This document shows positions 1 through 9,782 of a stretch of 64,000 nucleotides of DNA, in pieces. Position 1 is the stretch's first letter. Every line of letters begins with the position of its first letter. Origin of the DNA: Cyanidioschyzon merolae (Eukaryota); assembly GCA_000091205.1 (NCBI GenBank), contig AP006495.2; one strand, written 5' to 3'. The notes below the pieces were generated by a model that saw only the letters and a list, made by a program, of their open reading frames with translations, ran no database searches and was not told the DNA's origin. The position numbers and the translations under genes were made by a program.

Positions 1-420
1 TCGCGTCAGCTCCTCGGGTTTCGTCTTCGGCACGGCACACCGTCTTTTATTGATGGCGGTGTTGAAATCTCAGTTCATGAACTCCATGTGTTACCTGCTG
101 ATGGTTGAACCCATCAGTGCTTAGATTGCTAGAACTCGCGCCCTCGGCGCCACTAAAGTCTCGTCATCGCCCCGTCGCGCAGAAAGCTTTTTCTCCGATC
201 TCCCCTTCTTCTTCTTTACTGGCTCATCTGCTATTGATGATCGGCGAGAAGAGGATTTTTTCGTTGTTTACCAGCAGTAGGCGGCAATGACGGCACTCCG
301 GAATCCCCCACTTCCATGGCCAAACATTTCCTTTAGATTTCCTATTTCTTCAAATGAACGCGCTTCGAACAAATCTCCCGTAAACTGCGAAAAAGCATTC
401 AATAGCATCCACATGGGGTG
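1..420 (-). mobile_element. Truncated left-end-proximal fragment of a Fanzor/TnpB-family element running off the window start
   Basis: Bases 300-420 align with 54640-54740 (ttagatt..tatttcttcaaatgaac..ttcgaaca.atct..cg.aaac..cgaaaaagcatt), which lies just upstream of the ORF-A remnant of copy 3. The minus-strand reading of 180-300 is lysine-rich like the ORF-A N-terminus. Confidence 0.3.
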
Positions 421-989
421 GAACATAATTAAGGTACTCCAAACCTAGACTGTTGCGCCTGGGCGTGAGCAGCCTGCGAACAATTTTACGCTGAGTTATC
501 TGTTAAAGTCTTGGACTGATCCTGTGTGAAAGATAGTTGGTTTCAGAGCTTGCTGCGGTACGAAGATCGTGACCGAAAGTCAGGAAGGTTTGCGTTAGTC
601 GCTTCGGCGTTTCACAGTACCCTTGATAAACGTTGGGCTGTGTCGAGGTATGCAATCGTAAGCGTTCCTGTTCAGCACCTCTGGAGCACCTGTTTTGGAT
701 TTGGTCTCAGCCAGTAGGAGCTCTCGCAAAACCACAGAGTTGAGCGACCATAATTTAATGTGAGTTGCGGGAGCCGTAGTTTTCGTCCGCAAAATTGCCA
801 TCAACCACGAACGACGCACTCGCTTAGGACCTCTTTTGTGTAGACTGGACAACAGCATCAAAGCTTGGGAATAAGGTTGTGCTGTATCCGGTCGAAAAAG
901 TGCACGGCGGCGTCTCCGAAACGGCCACCAGGTTGCCTCCTTTCGTGAAAACTCTCGGACTCGCCGGGCATAACACCGAAAGAGGATCT

Positions 990-3900
990 ATGCCACTTGG
1001 TTGTGGTGCGCGGTTTCTCAACGGCAGCGGCTGCGCCCCCGGTAACGACGTTAGCGTCGACCTTAATGGGAAAGTACCCGAATTTATTGACATGCAGCCG
1101 TGCAGGGAGAAATCGCATAGTGCTGCTCGCCTATCTATAGTTTCAGATGACAGCAATGTCCACGCTGCGGATCAAGCCAGGCTCCGAATCATAGCCCGGG
1201 ACGTGCGCCCGCTGAATGTTACAAAACCGGAAATCGCCAGCGTCAGATTAGTAGAGAGATCTGTGCAGCAAGATCAGGGTACGCACGTCAGCATTGATGG
1301 CTATTCTCTGCTGCTCAGTGGACAAGTCGCTGGATACTTGCGCACGCTGCAGCAGTTTCTTGATTTTGAAGTGCTAGAATGTGTCAAGCAGGAAATCGAT
1401 CGCCAGATCTGGTTCGTGGTTTCTCTAACGCCGCATCTGAAGAAAGAGCCACCAGAAAATGCAACCATTGGATTGATACCAGGTAAGCGATCCGCAACAC
1501 ATGATTCTTTTCTATGGCTTGCACGTCACCTCCTGATGGAGCGTCTCTTCGGCAGCACCCTGGAGCCGTCGCCTCGAATTCCCAGCTGCGGCGTTTATCC
1601 ATGCACAGCGTGCGACGCGAGAGATAACAGGCACTCTGCGACGCCCAAGCGTTTTCGCTTGGCGCAAGTTATCCGCGTTTTACCATCGAAACTCAAAGCT
1701 TTCCTGCATTTGAAGCACAGAGCGATGCAGCACCTCGAGAACATCTATGCGTCAGCGTATACGCAGTGCTCCTCGTTACAAACTCTGCCGGAAAATGTGC
1801 TAGTGCAGATATTTCAGCACACAGATAGCCCAACGATTTTGGCGCTTGGTCAGCTGTCGAGTTGGTTCCGCTGCCTAACGAACCCGATCGTACCCGAGCT
1901 GAATGTGGAGCTGTTTAAGCACCAGCAGGCAGCTGTCTTGTGGATGCTCTCGCGCGAGCGTCATCGAGAGCACCGATGCGGGCCAGTAGCGCCACTACCC
2001 CAGTGGAAAAACCCTCTTCTTCAGCATTTGGACGGAGATCTCTATTTCAACTGGATGCATCGGCGTCTAGAGCGCAATCAAAGCACCTGCTATGATTGTC
2101 GCGGAGGGTTGCTCTGTGATGAGCCTGGTCTGGGCAAAACCGTAACTGCACTTGCGCTGATCGCACGTACACGCAGTACAATTCCCGCCATTCCATTGTT
2201 TTCCGTAGACGTTGAGTACTTCGGCTCTTCGGAAACCGATTTGGCCGTCTTTATTTGTAAGCAAACACTACAATTCCTGGACCAGGTTATTGAGAAAGCG
2301 CGAGCGAGGCTGAGCAGAGCAAGTTTGGATGAATTCACACAGGATGTTGGAGCAGTGCGCAGTCGGCTGGAGGAGTATTCAGATATGTTTCACAACCACA
2401 TCAACGGATGCTGTACGGGACAGGTACCGGAACTGCTGCGGTTTTTGGGCAACTGGCTACAATGCCACGAAGGTGTGCTGTCATCGATCGTCGGAAGCGT
2501 TGCCGCTAAGGGCGCTATAGGAGCTTATCTGCGCCTCGTGGTCCAGCAAAACCCATACACAGCAAAGACTTGCGTATTGCCGCCATCGGAAATGTTATAT
2601 GTGCAGCCGGGACGCGAAAAACTTTGGTTCTTCATTGTTAGCGGAAAATATCTGCAGGGACCGAGCGGTTTTCTCCGTCTCGCATCGGAGGGCATTCCCG
2701 CTGCCTCCGCTGCGGGTGCTCGCTTGTGCAGGGGAGCCTCGCGGAGCACAATCCTGGAATGCGCGGGTCTGTGCGCGCTGGCGAATGAACACACTGGAAA
2801 CCAGGGCGCGGACGGTACGCTGCTCATGGAGCCATCAGAGTACGCGCAGGGACCCAGCGCAGCGATAGAGCCGTTTGCGATGCCATTTCGGAGACGGTGC
2901 AAGAGCAGGCGCGTACCAGAAATAGAGTGTGCTTTCGACTATCACCTTATTGTCTGCGTTCCAACGACACTTGTAGCATTACCCGAGAACCTGATACCTC
3001 ATTGGACGGTTCAGATACGTCGTCTCGTGCGAGCACCACATGAGCTCCGCTACTGCCTCTTCAGCCAGATTCGAAATGCTGTGGTGCGGGAAATCGCCGA
3101 CTACGATGTCGTCTTCATATCATTGAACGAACTTCGCAGCGAGTATAGCTCACTGGTTCGTGGGCTGAGCATTTTGAATCGGGTTTATTGGCTACGTATG
3201 ATTATCGACGAGGGACACTCACTGGGTTCGCTTTCATGCACCAGTCTGCAGCGCTGCTGCCTCATAGTACTAGCAGAGCGGCGATGGATCATGACTGGAA
3301 CTCCAACTCCAACTACCAAGAGTGGAATTGCAGAGGTGCATCACCTGTACCCACTTTTTTCCTTTCTTGGACTGGAACCGTTCGTATGGGCGCGCCGTGC
3401 GGTCTTCCAGCAGTGCGTTCAGCGACCGCTGGAGCGCGCACTAGGCTACGAGGGCATTCATATCCTACAGCAAACTCTAGACCATATCATGATCCGGTCC
3501 ACGAAGGAAGAGGTTCAGGACATACCTCATCTGGAAGTACGCGATGAAATGCTTTCTTTCACCAAAGAGGAGGCGGATGCCTATAATGCGCTTGTGTCCG
3601 TAGTCAAGCGTAATTTGTTCCTAGCTGACTTTTTCGACGAGAATCATCGGGAATCGCTTTTGAATCCCGAAAACAGAAAATCCGCGCGAGTTGTACTGCA
3701 GAACCTAAGGCTCTGTTGTTGCGTGACAGGCCATATGAAATTTGAAGTTATTAGAGAGGAACTCGAAGAGCTTCTTCGCACCTTAAGACAATCTATGCAG
3801 GCTGCAAAGGACAATACGAGCCCATCGTTGGGCTTTCGTTGCGGTGCAAAGCGCCACGTACCTGAGACGAATCAAGACTGGTGGAGCCCCTGTAGCGGGG

Positions 3901-5375
3901 ACGCAATTGCTGATTTCGAAAACGGAATGGATCGAGCTGTGAGCACCGGAAGCTCCACTCTAGCCCAATCATCCGATTGCAAGCGGAGAAGAGCCCAGGT
4001 CCTGATGAAGCATGATCACTCTGCGTGGAACGCTTTGGACGCCGCTCCAGCTGCCCCAGTGCGGCGGTGCCTCTGGTCGCTGAGCCCGAGCTTGGCAGCA
4101 GGCAACCTGGATCCAGAGCTTGCACAGACGGGGACCCAATCGACGGCGGTCGAAGCGCTGCGCTACCCCATGCAAGCATTCGAGTCTACGGGCATAGAGA
4201 CGGGACCTTTCGCACAACGCTGCGCACAACCTTTGCCCCCCGCAGAATCTCCTGGAGAACACTGTGGTGGGCCTCCAGCGCTCGGCGACGCCGGCGCCGA
4301 CATTGCCGCGGCACTGTCACCAGTCGATTACATAGAAGATAGACTACGTCATATTGAGCGCGTGCTTCGCGACCCTGTATATGCCCAAGGCTGTATTTGC
4401 GAATCCTGTGGTCGCATTGGCTCCCTCATGCCAATCGTTACGCCGTGTGCTCATATCCAGTGCCTTGACTGTGCGGCTACGAATAGGTATGCGTGCAACA
4501 TATGTGGCCGCAAGTATGTGCTCGGTCGCCGCCAGGAGCCGGTCGATTTGATCGAAATGCAGCCCAGCTTCACTCAAGAGGCCTGGGTTCCCAGGTGGGA
4601 TCGAAAAATGACGAGTAAGATCGCCCGCATGCTGCAGCTTCTCGGAGAGTGGTCCAGCGCGACATACACAGCGAGCCGGGAGGGCGCTCCCTGTTCTGAT
4701 CAAGGAGGCAACAGCAGACAGAGTTGTGTTGCGCACGGCAAGCGGGAAAAAGTGATCATTTACTCAAACTTTGCTCATCATTTCGACGTCATTCACTACC
4801 ATTTGTGTCAAGGAAATTTTGACTTTGCATACTATTGCTCGCGCTTGAGTCCAACAGAGCGACGCGCTCAGATCGACCGGTTCATCTACGATCCGCACAC
4901 TTGGATCCTCCTGATGGATGAAAAAGGCGCACTGGGACTCGACCTCAGCTTTGTAACACGCATGATCATCATGGAACCTGTTTGGAATCGCTCCCAAGAG
5001 CATCAGATCATAAGCAGAGCGCATCGTATTGGAGCGAAGCAGCGGGTCATTGTCTATCGTCTGATGATGGTGGACAGTGTCGAGACAGATCTGATCGATA
5101 TGAGTTCGGAACCGACACATCAAAATGGTACTGCGCGCAACTCAGACCGCCTTTCTGATGCCGGGGAGACAGACTCATACCAATACTCTGGTGTGGATGC
5201 GTCACCAAAAAAGTCCAGTGGGATTTCTCTGAGTAACAAGGAAAAAGAGGAAAAGCTCCGCCGAAATCGTCTACTGCAACGTCTACATTTTGTCGTGGCA
5301 GCATCCGGCCGCCCGGGCACAATCGCTTTCCGCCGAGTTCAGGTTTTCCGCAAGGGAGCGGCTCCCATGCCATGA
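990..5375 (+). CDS. SNF2-family helicase with an F-box-like motif and a C3HC4 RING finger (Rad5/HLTF-like architecture); the track ORF is 879-5375 with a GTG start, and the first ATG is at 990
   Basis: DEXDc motif I LLCDEPGLGKTVTALALIA; DEGH box IIDEGHSLG; RING CICESCGRIGSLMPIVTPCAHIQCLDCAATNRYACNICGRKY; helicase-C block ILLMDEKGALGLDLSFVTRMIIMEPVWNRSQEHQIISRAHRIGAKQ; F-box-like LPENVLVQIFQHTDSPTILALGQLSSWFRCL. Single 1498-aa ORF. Confidence 0.85.
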   Translation: MPLGCGARFLNGSGCAPGNDVSVDLNGKVPEFIDMQPCREKSHSAARLSIVSDDSNVHAADQARLRIIARDVRPLNVTKPEIASVRLVERSVQQDQGTHVSIDGYSLLLSGQVAGYLRTLQQFLDFEVLECVKQEIDRQIWFVVSLTPHLKKEPPENATIGLIPGKRSATHDSFLWLARHLLMERLFGSTLEPSPRIPSCGVYPCTACDARDNRHSATPKRFRLAQVIRVLPSKLKAFLHLKHRAMQHLENIYASAYTQCSSLQTLPENVLVQIFQHTDSPTILALGQLSSWFRCLTNPIVPELNVELFKHQQAAVLWMLSRERHREHRCGPVAPLPQWKNPLLQHLDGDLYFNWMHRRLERNQSTCYDCRGGLLCDEPGLGKTVTALALIARTRSTIPAIPLFSVDVEYFGSSETDLAVFICKQTLQFLDQVIEKARARLSRASLDEFTQDVGAVRSRLEEYSDMFHNHINGCCTGQVPELLRFLGNWLQCHEGVLSSIVGSVAAKGAIGAYLRLVVQQNPYTAKTCVLPPSEMLYVQPGREKLWFFIVSGKYLQGPSGFLRLASEGIPAASAAGARLCRGASRSTILECAGLCALANEHTGNQGADGTLLMEPSEYAQGPSAAIEPFAMPFRRRCKSRRVPEIECAFDYHLIVCVPTTLVALPENLIPHWTVQIRRLVRAPHELRYCLFSQIRNAVVREIADYDVVFISLNELRSEYSSLVRGLSILNRVYWLRMIIDEGHSLGSLSCTSLQRCCLIVLAERRWIMTGTPTPTTKSGIAEVHHLYPLFSFLGLEPFVWARRAVFQQCVQRPLERALGYEGIHILQQTLDHIMIRSTKEEVQDIPHLEVRDEMLSFTKEEADAYNALVSVVKRNLFLADFFDENHRESLLNPENRKSARVVLQNLRLCCCVTGHMKFEVIREELEELLRTLRQSMQAAKDNTSPSLGFRCGAKRHVPETNQDWWSPCSGDAIADFENGMDRAVSTGSSTLAQSSDCKRRRAQVLMKHDHSAWNALDAAPAAPVRRCLWSLSPSLAAGNLDPELAQTGTQSTAVEALRYPMQAFESTGIETGPFAQRCAQPLPPAESPGEHCGGPPALGDAGADIAAALSPVDYIEDRLRHIERVLRDPVYAQGCICESCGRIGSLMPIVTPCAHIQCLDCAATNRYACNICGRKYVLGRRQEPVDLIEMQPSFTQEAWVPRWDRKMTSKIARMLQLLGEWSSATYTASREGAPCSDQGGNSRQSCVAHGKREKVIIYSNFAHHFDVIHYHLCQGNFDFAYYCSRLSPTERRAQIDRFIYDPHTWILLMDEKGALGLDLSFVTRMIIMEPVWNRSQEHQIISRAHRIGAKQRVIVYRLMMVDSVETDLIDMSSEPTHQNGTARNSDRLSDAGETDSYQYSGVDASPKKSSGISLSNKEKEEKLRRNRLLQRLHFVVAASGRPGTIAFRRVQVFRKGAAPMP

Positions 5376-7279
5376 ATGCTGTACGGGGGGTTTTCGTGCG
5401 TTAACCTAGAGCCTGGACGGCAACTTTTTTAAGGCTGAACTTGTCGGCAGCGTATTCTGGCCATGGTGCCTTCTGGACGCGGAGACACGGCGAATGGCGA
5501 ACTCACAGGGCAGCAGGCGCTCCGCTTTTTCACACAAGAGCAACATCGCACGGCATGCACATCGGGAAATCGCGGGCTCCGTTGCGCATAGGAGATTATT
5601 GTTTTGCCTGGGGTTCATAGAACCGCTTGGTACAAAATACCTGGACCTTGATGTAGCTCAGAAGCGTGCCGTTTTCGCACTGCATCGTAACGTGTTCGAC
5701 GCGACAGAAGCGCCAGAGCAGCTGCGTTGCGTATGTGCGGCTATGTGACGCTAGTTGTGCATAGATTTGCTTTCGTGATCCACAGGTTATATGCTCTATT
5801 TATATTTTTATGACATGGGATTCATGCAACGAGACGGCCTCGTCCGGATAGATGCCGGCTGACAGTTCTTGTTCCAAGGATCTCGCCCTTGATGCGGATA
5901 CTTGCGGACTCGACCATGAGCCCTGGAACTGTATTCTTCTCAGAAACAATGGCTGGATTTGGCAAGTTTCCAGGAATCGCGTTTATGAGAGACGCCTTCG
6001 ATGGCGCTGGATGTGCCGCTACCGGTCCCGCAAGTGGACTGGAAGGCTCAGGCAGACCATAGCAAGGGTCAGCTCGAAGCTTGCTTCCGCGTATTACCAG
6101 TATTTAGTGCATCCCTGCGTAGTCAGGAGGAGAGCGATTCCGAATTGCGACTGCGATCCGGTCGATCTCGTCTCTTCAATCGTGCCTGAGCTGAAGTCAC
6201 GCTCGAGAAGTGCAGCTACCTGTTTGGTCCACTGAAACACATAACAATGCCGCCAATTTGGGGGCCGCAAGCAGTAGTCTGTCATCTTCGTTCTATGCGT
6301 GCTAGGACACGCGTCTACCAATGCCCACTCAAGCTCGCGTGCGAATTATGCAGAGGACTCGTTCTTGTGCACCTTTGAAGAATTTCCCGTGCGGCGTCTA
6401 ATGCTACTTAAAGCTCGTCAATGCAAAGGGAGTGGAGGCTTTTCCACCGCGGTTCCAAATAGAATCTGATTCATTCTACAAACCGTGGGGATCGGTGACT
6501 TCCATAGACGACAGAGCGGAAGCTTGCATTCTAACTTTACTTGCAGCGAGATGGTCCATTCGAAAGGAATTCACGGAACCCAGGTCAGTTCTGGCGCCAG
6601 ATTAGCTCATGGTGCGAAGAGTACGATGCGCACTAACCCAAGAGGTGTCAGAATGCGTAAATGTTTCCATCATTCCCAGGTTCGACGATATGCATGCGTT
6701 TCAACAGGTTCATGGCAACCTTCACTGCATCGGCGAGGGATGTGTGCGATTTGACGAACGTTCACTATCGTATGCAGCTCGACAACGGCAAGATTTCTAC
6801 AGCCTTCCCTGCCACGGGCCTCTCTGGGCAAAGCGCGACGCGGTCACGATCCCTTGCGTCGTCGGAGTGTTCATGGACCCACAAAAGCGTTAAAGTGGAG
6901 GTGCTGAGGTTTGGATCCGTTTAGTGCACTTCTGGTGGCGATCTGAAAGGCACTTGCACGTATTGGCACCCCCGCCAGTTACAAGAGTACCCCGACCAAA
7001 GTGCTCGCTCACGTCGCAGCAGGTGTTGCCGAAAGCAAGCACCTTCGGCTCTCTCACAGACGGCAACTTTCCCCGTCCACTCGAATATGGGCAGGAGCTG
7101 GCAAGTCCTTTTCCGTCGCTTCTCCTGGGAAGCAGGGCCGAACGTCCCCTTGCTCGTCAACTAGACACTTCATGGGGGCGGGGAGTCATCTTTTCAGCTT
7201 CATACCCAAGAACATCGTCAAAAGACCACAAACCGCAGTGGAAGCGCCTTGAGAAGAATAAAACAAATGGACGGCGCTG

Positions 7280-7420
7280 ACACCGCACACCAACAACGCC
7301 GTTCGAAAGTCGAACGACGTCGGGCGTGTACAGAAGTGGCGAGTGACCCGCCCTAGACAAGAAGTCGCCATCTGTGGCGCAGACGCCTCCCAGCCCTTTT
7401 GGACCGGCCACCTACTATTG
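7280..7420 (-). ncRNA. Candidate omega-RNA / right-end region: the last roughly 60 nt of the nuclease ORF plus about 70 nt after the stop, conserved across copies, with a subterminal hairpin cgttcga-ctt-tcgaacg
   Basis: This block is conserved at 7280-7420, 19974-20110, 52530-52660, 10746-10880 and 25580-25700 even where the coding sequence has diverged. It has a perfect 7-bp stem (7299-7315) and a ggcg.gtgac.cgcc palindromic core. The position matches where TnpB/Fanzor omega-RNAs are encoded. Confidence 0.3.
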
Positions 7421-8957
7421 CTTCCAACCCTGTCTCATATATTTCAACTTTTAGAGGTTGTCCAATGAAGTTGTCTCTCGTCAACTCTGGAGGTCTCTTC
7501 TCCAGCACCGCACATCTCCTTATATTGATTGCGGCATTAAAGTCTCTGTTAACAAATTCCGTACGTTTCTTGCCATCATTGGTTGTACACACTAATGCAA
7601 GCAGCCCTCGCACTTTCGCCCTCGTTTCCATTTGCTCCTCCATCAGCGGTCTGTACTTTGCTATTTCCTCAGGGCTCCTCTGGCACTTTTCCATTTCGAC
7701 CCTCTGAAGTGTGCACCCCAGCTCGTGGTGTGTATAGGACGTTCGGAACTCGTCTACAGGTATCGTAACGAAACGCCTTGCGCACTCCTTGTACACCCTC
7801 GTCGTTGGAGCTGGCGTAGTGCCGTTCTTGGGCGCCCAGCGCCCTGCCCCATACGTTACTACGAGCCTCTGACTTTCATTCTACTCGAGGGCGCTCAATT
7901 GATTAAAAAAATTCGCGAACGCCCGCTGCTTTTCACAGTAGAGATTCATTCGCAACCGAGCCCACCGGGGCTTGGTGTACTCCTCCCACAGCGCATCCCA
8001 ATGCGCAACGCGAACTTCCATGCATTCCCGAAAAGCTCGAAAGTCCGCTCCGCGGCTCGTCACCTCGCTCAAAGCTTCCAGGTGATCCTTCATTCCTGCT
8101 CTCCATGCCTCGATTTTCTTCCTTGCATTCATGATTCCCGATTCTCGATAGTACCTCGCTCTCGAGAATCTCAAAAGACGCATATCTTTCTGACGTAAGT
8201 TACCGTCAGTCCCATCTTCCGTACGCTTCGGTGCTGCGATGGTTATGATATTCGTATTCCCGGGGTCCGCGCCAAGGACAAAGTCGTTATCTTGCACTTT
8301 CTGGGTCGCAAGATCCGCCTCCTTCTTTTCTTCATGCTTCGCCGCGCTAACGACAATGTGGTTATCCTCCATCTCCTGCGTCGCAGAATCCGCCTCCTTC
8401 TTTTCTTCATGCTTCGTCACGTCAACGACAAAGTCGTTCTCATGCACTTTTTGCGTCGCAGGACCCACCTCCTTCTTTTCTTCATGCTTCGCCTCGTCAA
8501 CGACAAAGTCGTTATCCTCCACCTCCTGCATCGCAGGATCCTCCTCTTTGTTTTCTTCATCTTTCGTCACGGGCGCAGCTGAGGGAGGGACTGACCGATC
8601 TTTCTTCAACCGCCGATAGTGTACACACAAGGCTACTCCATCGGTTTCGATCATCCCAGTGAACAACTTTTGCTCGCTCACTCTCAGACGTTTGAAATTG
8701 AAGATATTCTTCCAGTACGTCTTCCGGTTTTCGCCGGTGAAGTCCTCCCTGCTAACAATGAACTCCGGACTGATCTCCTTCATGATGTCGTGAAGGACTG
8801 CGGAGTCGATAGTCACAAAATGTGACTTGATATTGTACAATGGAACCGCGTTGAAGCGCTTACCCATTAGGAAGGCCTTCCGTCTCTCCCACTGTTCATT
8901 TGTCTCTTCACTCAGCTTCATCTCTACTTTGCGTTCGAGTTCACGGTCCAGAAACAC
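7353..8957 (-). pseudogene. TnpB/Fanzor-like RuvC nuclease, about 535 aa, intact except for one in-frame TAG (plus-strand 7879-7881); the track splits it into 7881-8957 and 7353-7796
   Basis: Ruv[16 protein letters not shown]; a VVTYGAGRW block; zinc-finger-like DEFRTSYTHHELGCTLQRVEMEKCQ; RuvC-III FVNRDFNAAINIRRCAVLEKR. Both ORF segments are in the same frame, separated only by the TAG. The first codon is GTG (8957), and the first ATG is at 8921. Confidence 0.7.
8273..8561 (-). repeat. 75-bp (25-aa) coding tandem repeat within the N-terminal region of the nuclease ORF, about 4 units (KHEEKKEA..ATQKV.DNDFVVD)
   Basis: The DNA unit ccgcctccttcttttcttcatgcttcg recurs at 8316, 8391 and 8463. The protein shows four acidic/lysine-rich 25-aa units immediately before the RuvC-I GADPG motif. 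Confidence 0.7.
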
Positions 8958-9083
8958 AACTTAGCGCAGGACGAGGCGGTAGTATCTTTCCTTATCTTTT
9001 TTCAGCTCTGATATCTTGTCTGTTGGATTCGCCAGACCCAAAACTGCACGGTGCTCTTCTACAACTGCACGGATTACAGAATC

Positions 9084-9782
9084 CTAATTTGTGCTCCTGC
9101 GTGACGCCTTCTTGTCGACAAATTCGAACTCATCTTCACACTGTCGATTGTTCGTGATGCCATTGATAATCGTCCATATCCCCTTGCGAGAGACGCCGGG
9201 ATAGAGTGCAAACACGTCGCGTATCATGAAACGTTCGTGGTTCATCGTCAATTGGTTCTTCAGGTTCGTAATGTACTTCATTGCCCCGTATGTGTAAATA
9301 TTTCCGTCACCGCAGTATCGATTACCCTCGAAGCAGAATTCCGCGAAGTTTTCGTGGAGGACTTCCACCCGCTCATTTTCCCTCCGCGCTTCCTCTGTAC
9401 CAAGCATCAGCTGACGAATAAAGGTCTTATCGAAAAACTCGTCCGGAATCTCGACCGTTTCCATGTTCGTCACGTCGCGATACATCTCCCTCGCTAGATG
9501 CATCAGTCCTGACGACGCCTTGAAAATACTCTTGGAGTACGAATCGAAACGTTTTTCGAATGCGTCTCGCATCTTTTCCCTGTAGTGATCCTTGATATGT
9601 TTAAGAAGACCGGCTTTCGCCACCATCTCGTCGTACAGTTGTCTTTCTTGCCGCCTTAGACGTTGAGCCTCCCCCTTTCGGTTCTTCTTCTCTTCCTTTT
9701 CTTCTGGACTCGGTACTGTTTTTTGTTTTTTTCTGGCAGCCGGCGACCCTGGACCTCCAGGATCGTCGATTTGCTTTTTCAT
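9084..9782 (-). CDS. ORF-A: conserved 232-aa protein of unknown function encoded upstream of, and co-oriented with, the TnpB-like gene; it has a basic KKQK/RLRRQERQ N-terminus and a Cys/Tyr-containing C-terminal half
   Basis: ATG at 9782. Homologous ORFs or remnants occupy the same position relative to the other nuclease copies (21712-22465 and 54344-54586). No recognisable transposase motif (no HUH, DDE or serine-recombinase signature). Confidence 0.55.
   Translation of the reverse strand: MKKQIDDPGGPGSPAARKKQKTVPSPEEKEEKKNRKGEAQRLRRQERQLYDEMVAKAGLLKHIKDHYREKMRDAFEKRFDSYSKSIFKASSGLMHLAREMYRDVTNMETVEIPDEFFDKTFIRQLMLGTEEARRENERVEVLHENFAEFCFEGNRYCGDGNIYTYGAMKYITNLKNQLTMNHERFMIRDVFALYPGVSRKGIWTIINGITNNRQCEDEFEFVDKKASRRSTN

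Noticed and set aside
879-989. Using the ORF-track start positions as start codons
   Set aside because: The track begins ORFs at GTG/TTG as well as ATG (for example 879, 8957, 25574, 35564, 49960, 52644 and 62291). Eukaryotic starts were moved to the first in-frame ATG where stated.
8273-8561. Regular about 75-bp tandem repeats as a possible CRISPR-like array
   Set aside because: The repeats are in-frame coding units of the nuclease N-terminus (25-aa acidic repeats), contiguous without spacers. No CRISPR arrays are present in the window.
7353-8957. Intron or programmed frameshift explaining the split of the TnpB-like gene into two ORFs
   Set aside because: Both segments are in the same frame, separated by a single TAG codon (likewise in copy 2 at a different codon). 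A nonsense mutation is the simplest reading, so no splice sites are needed.
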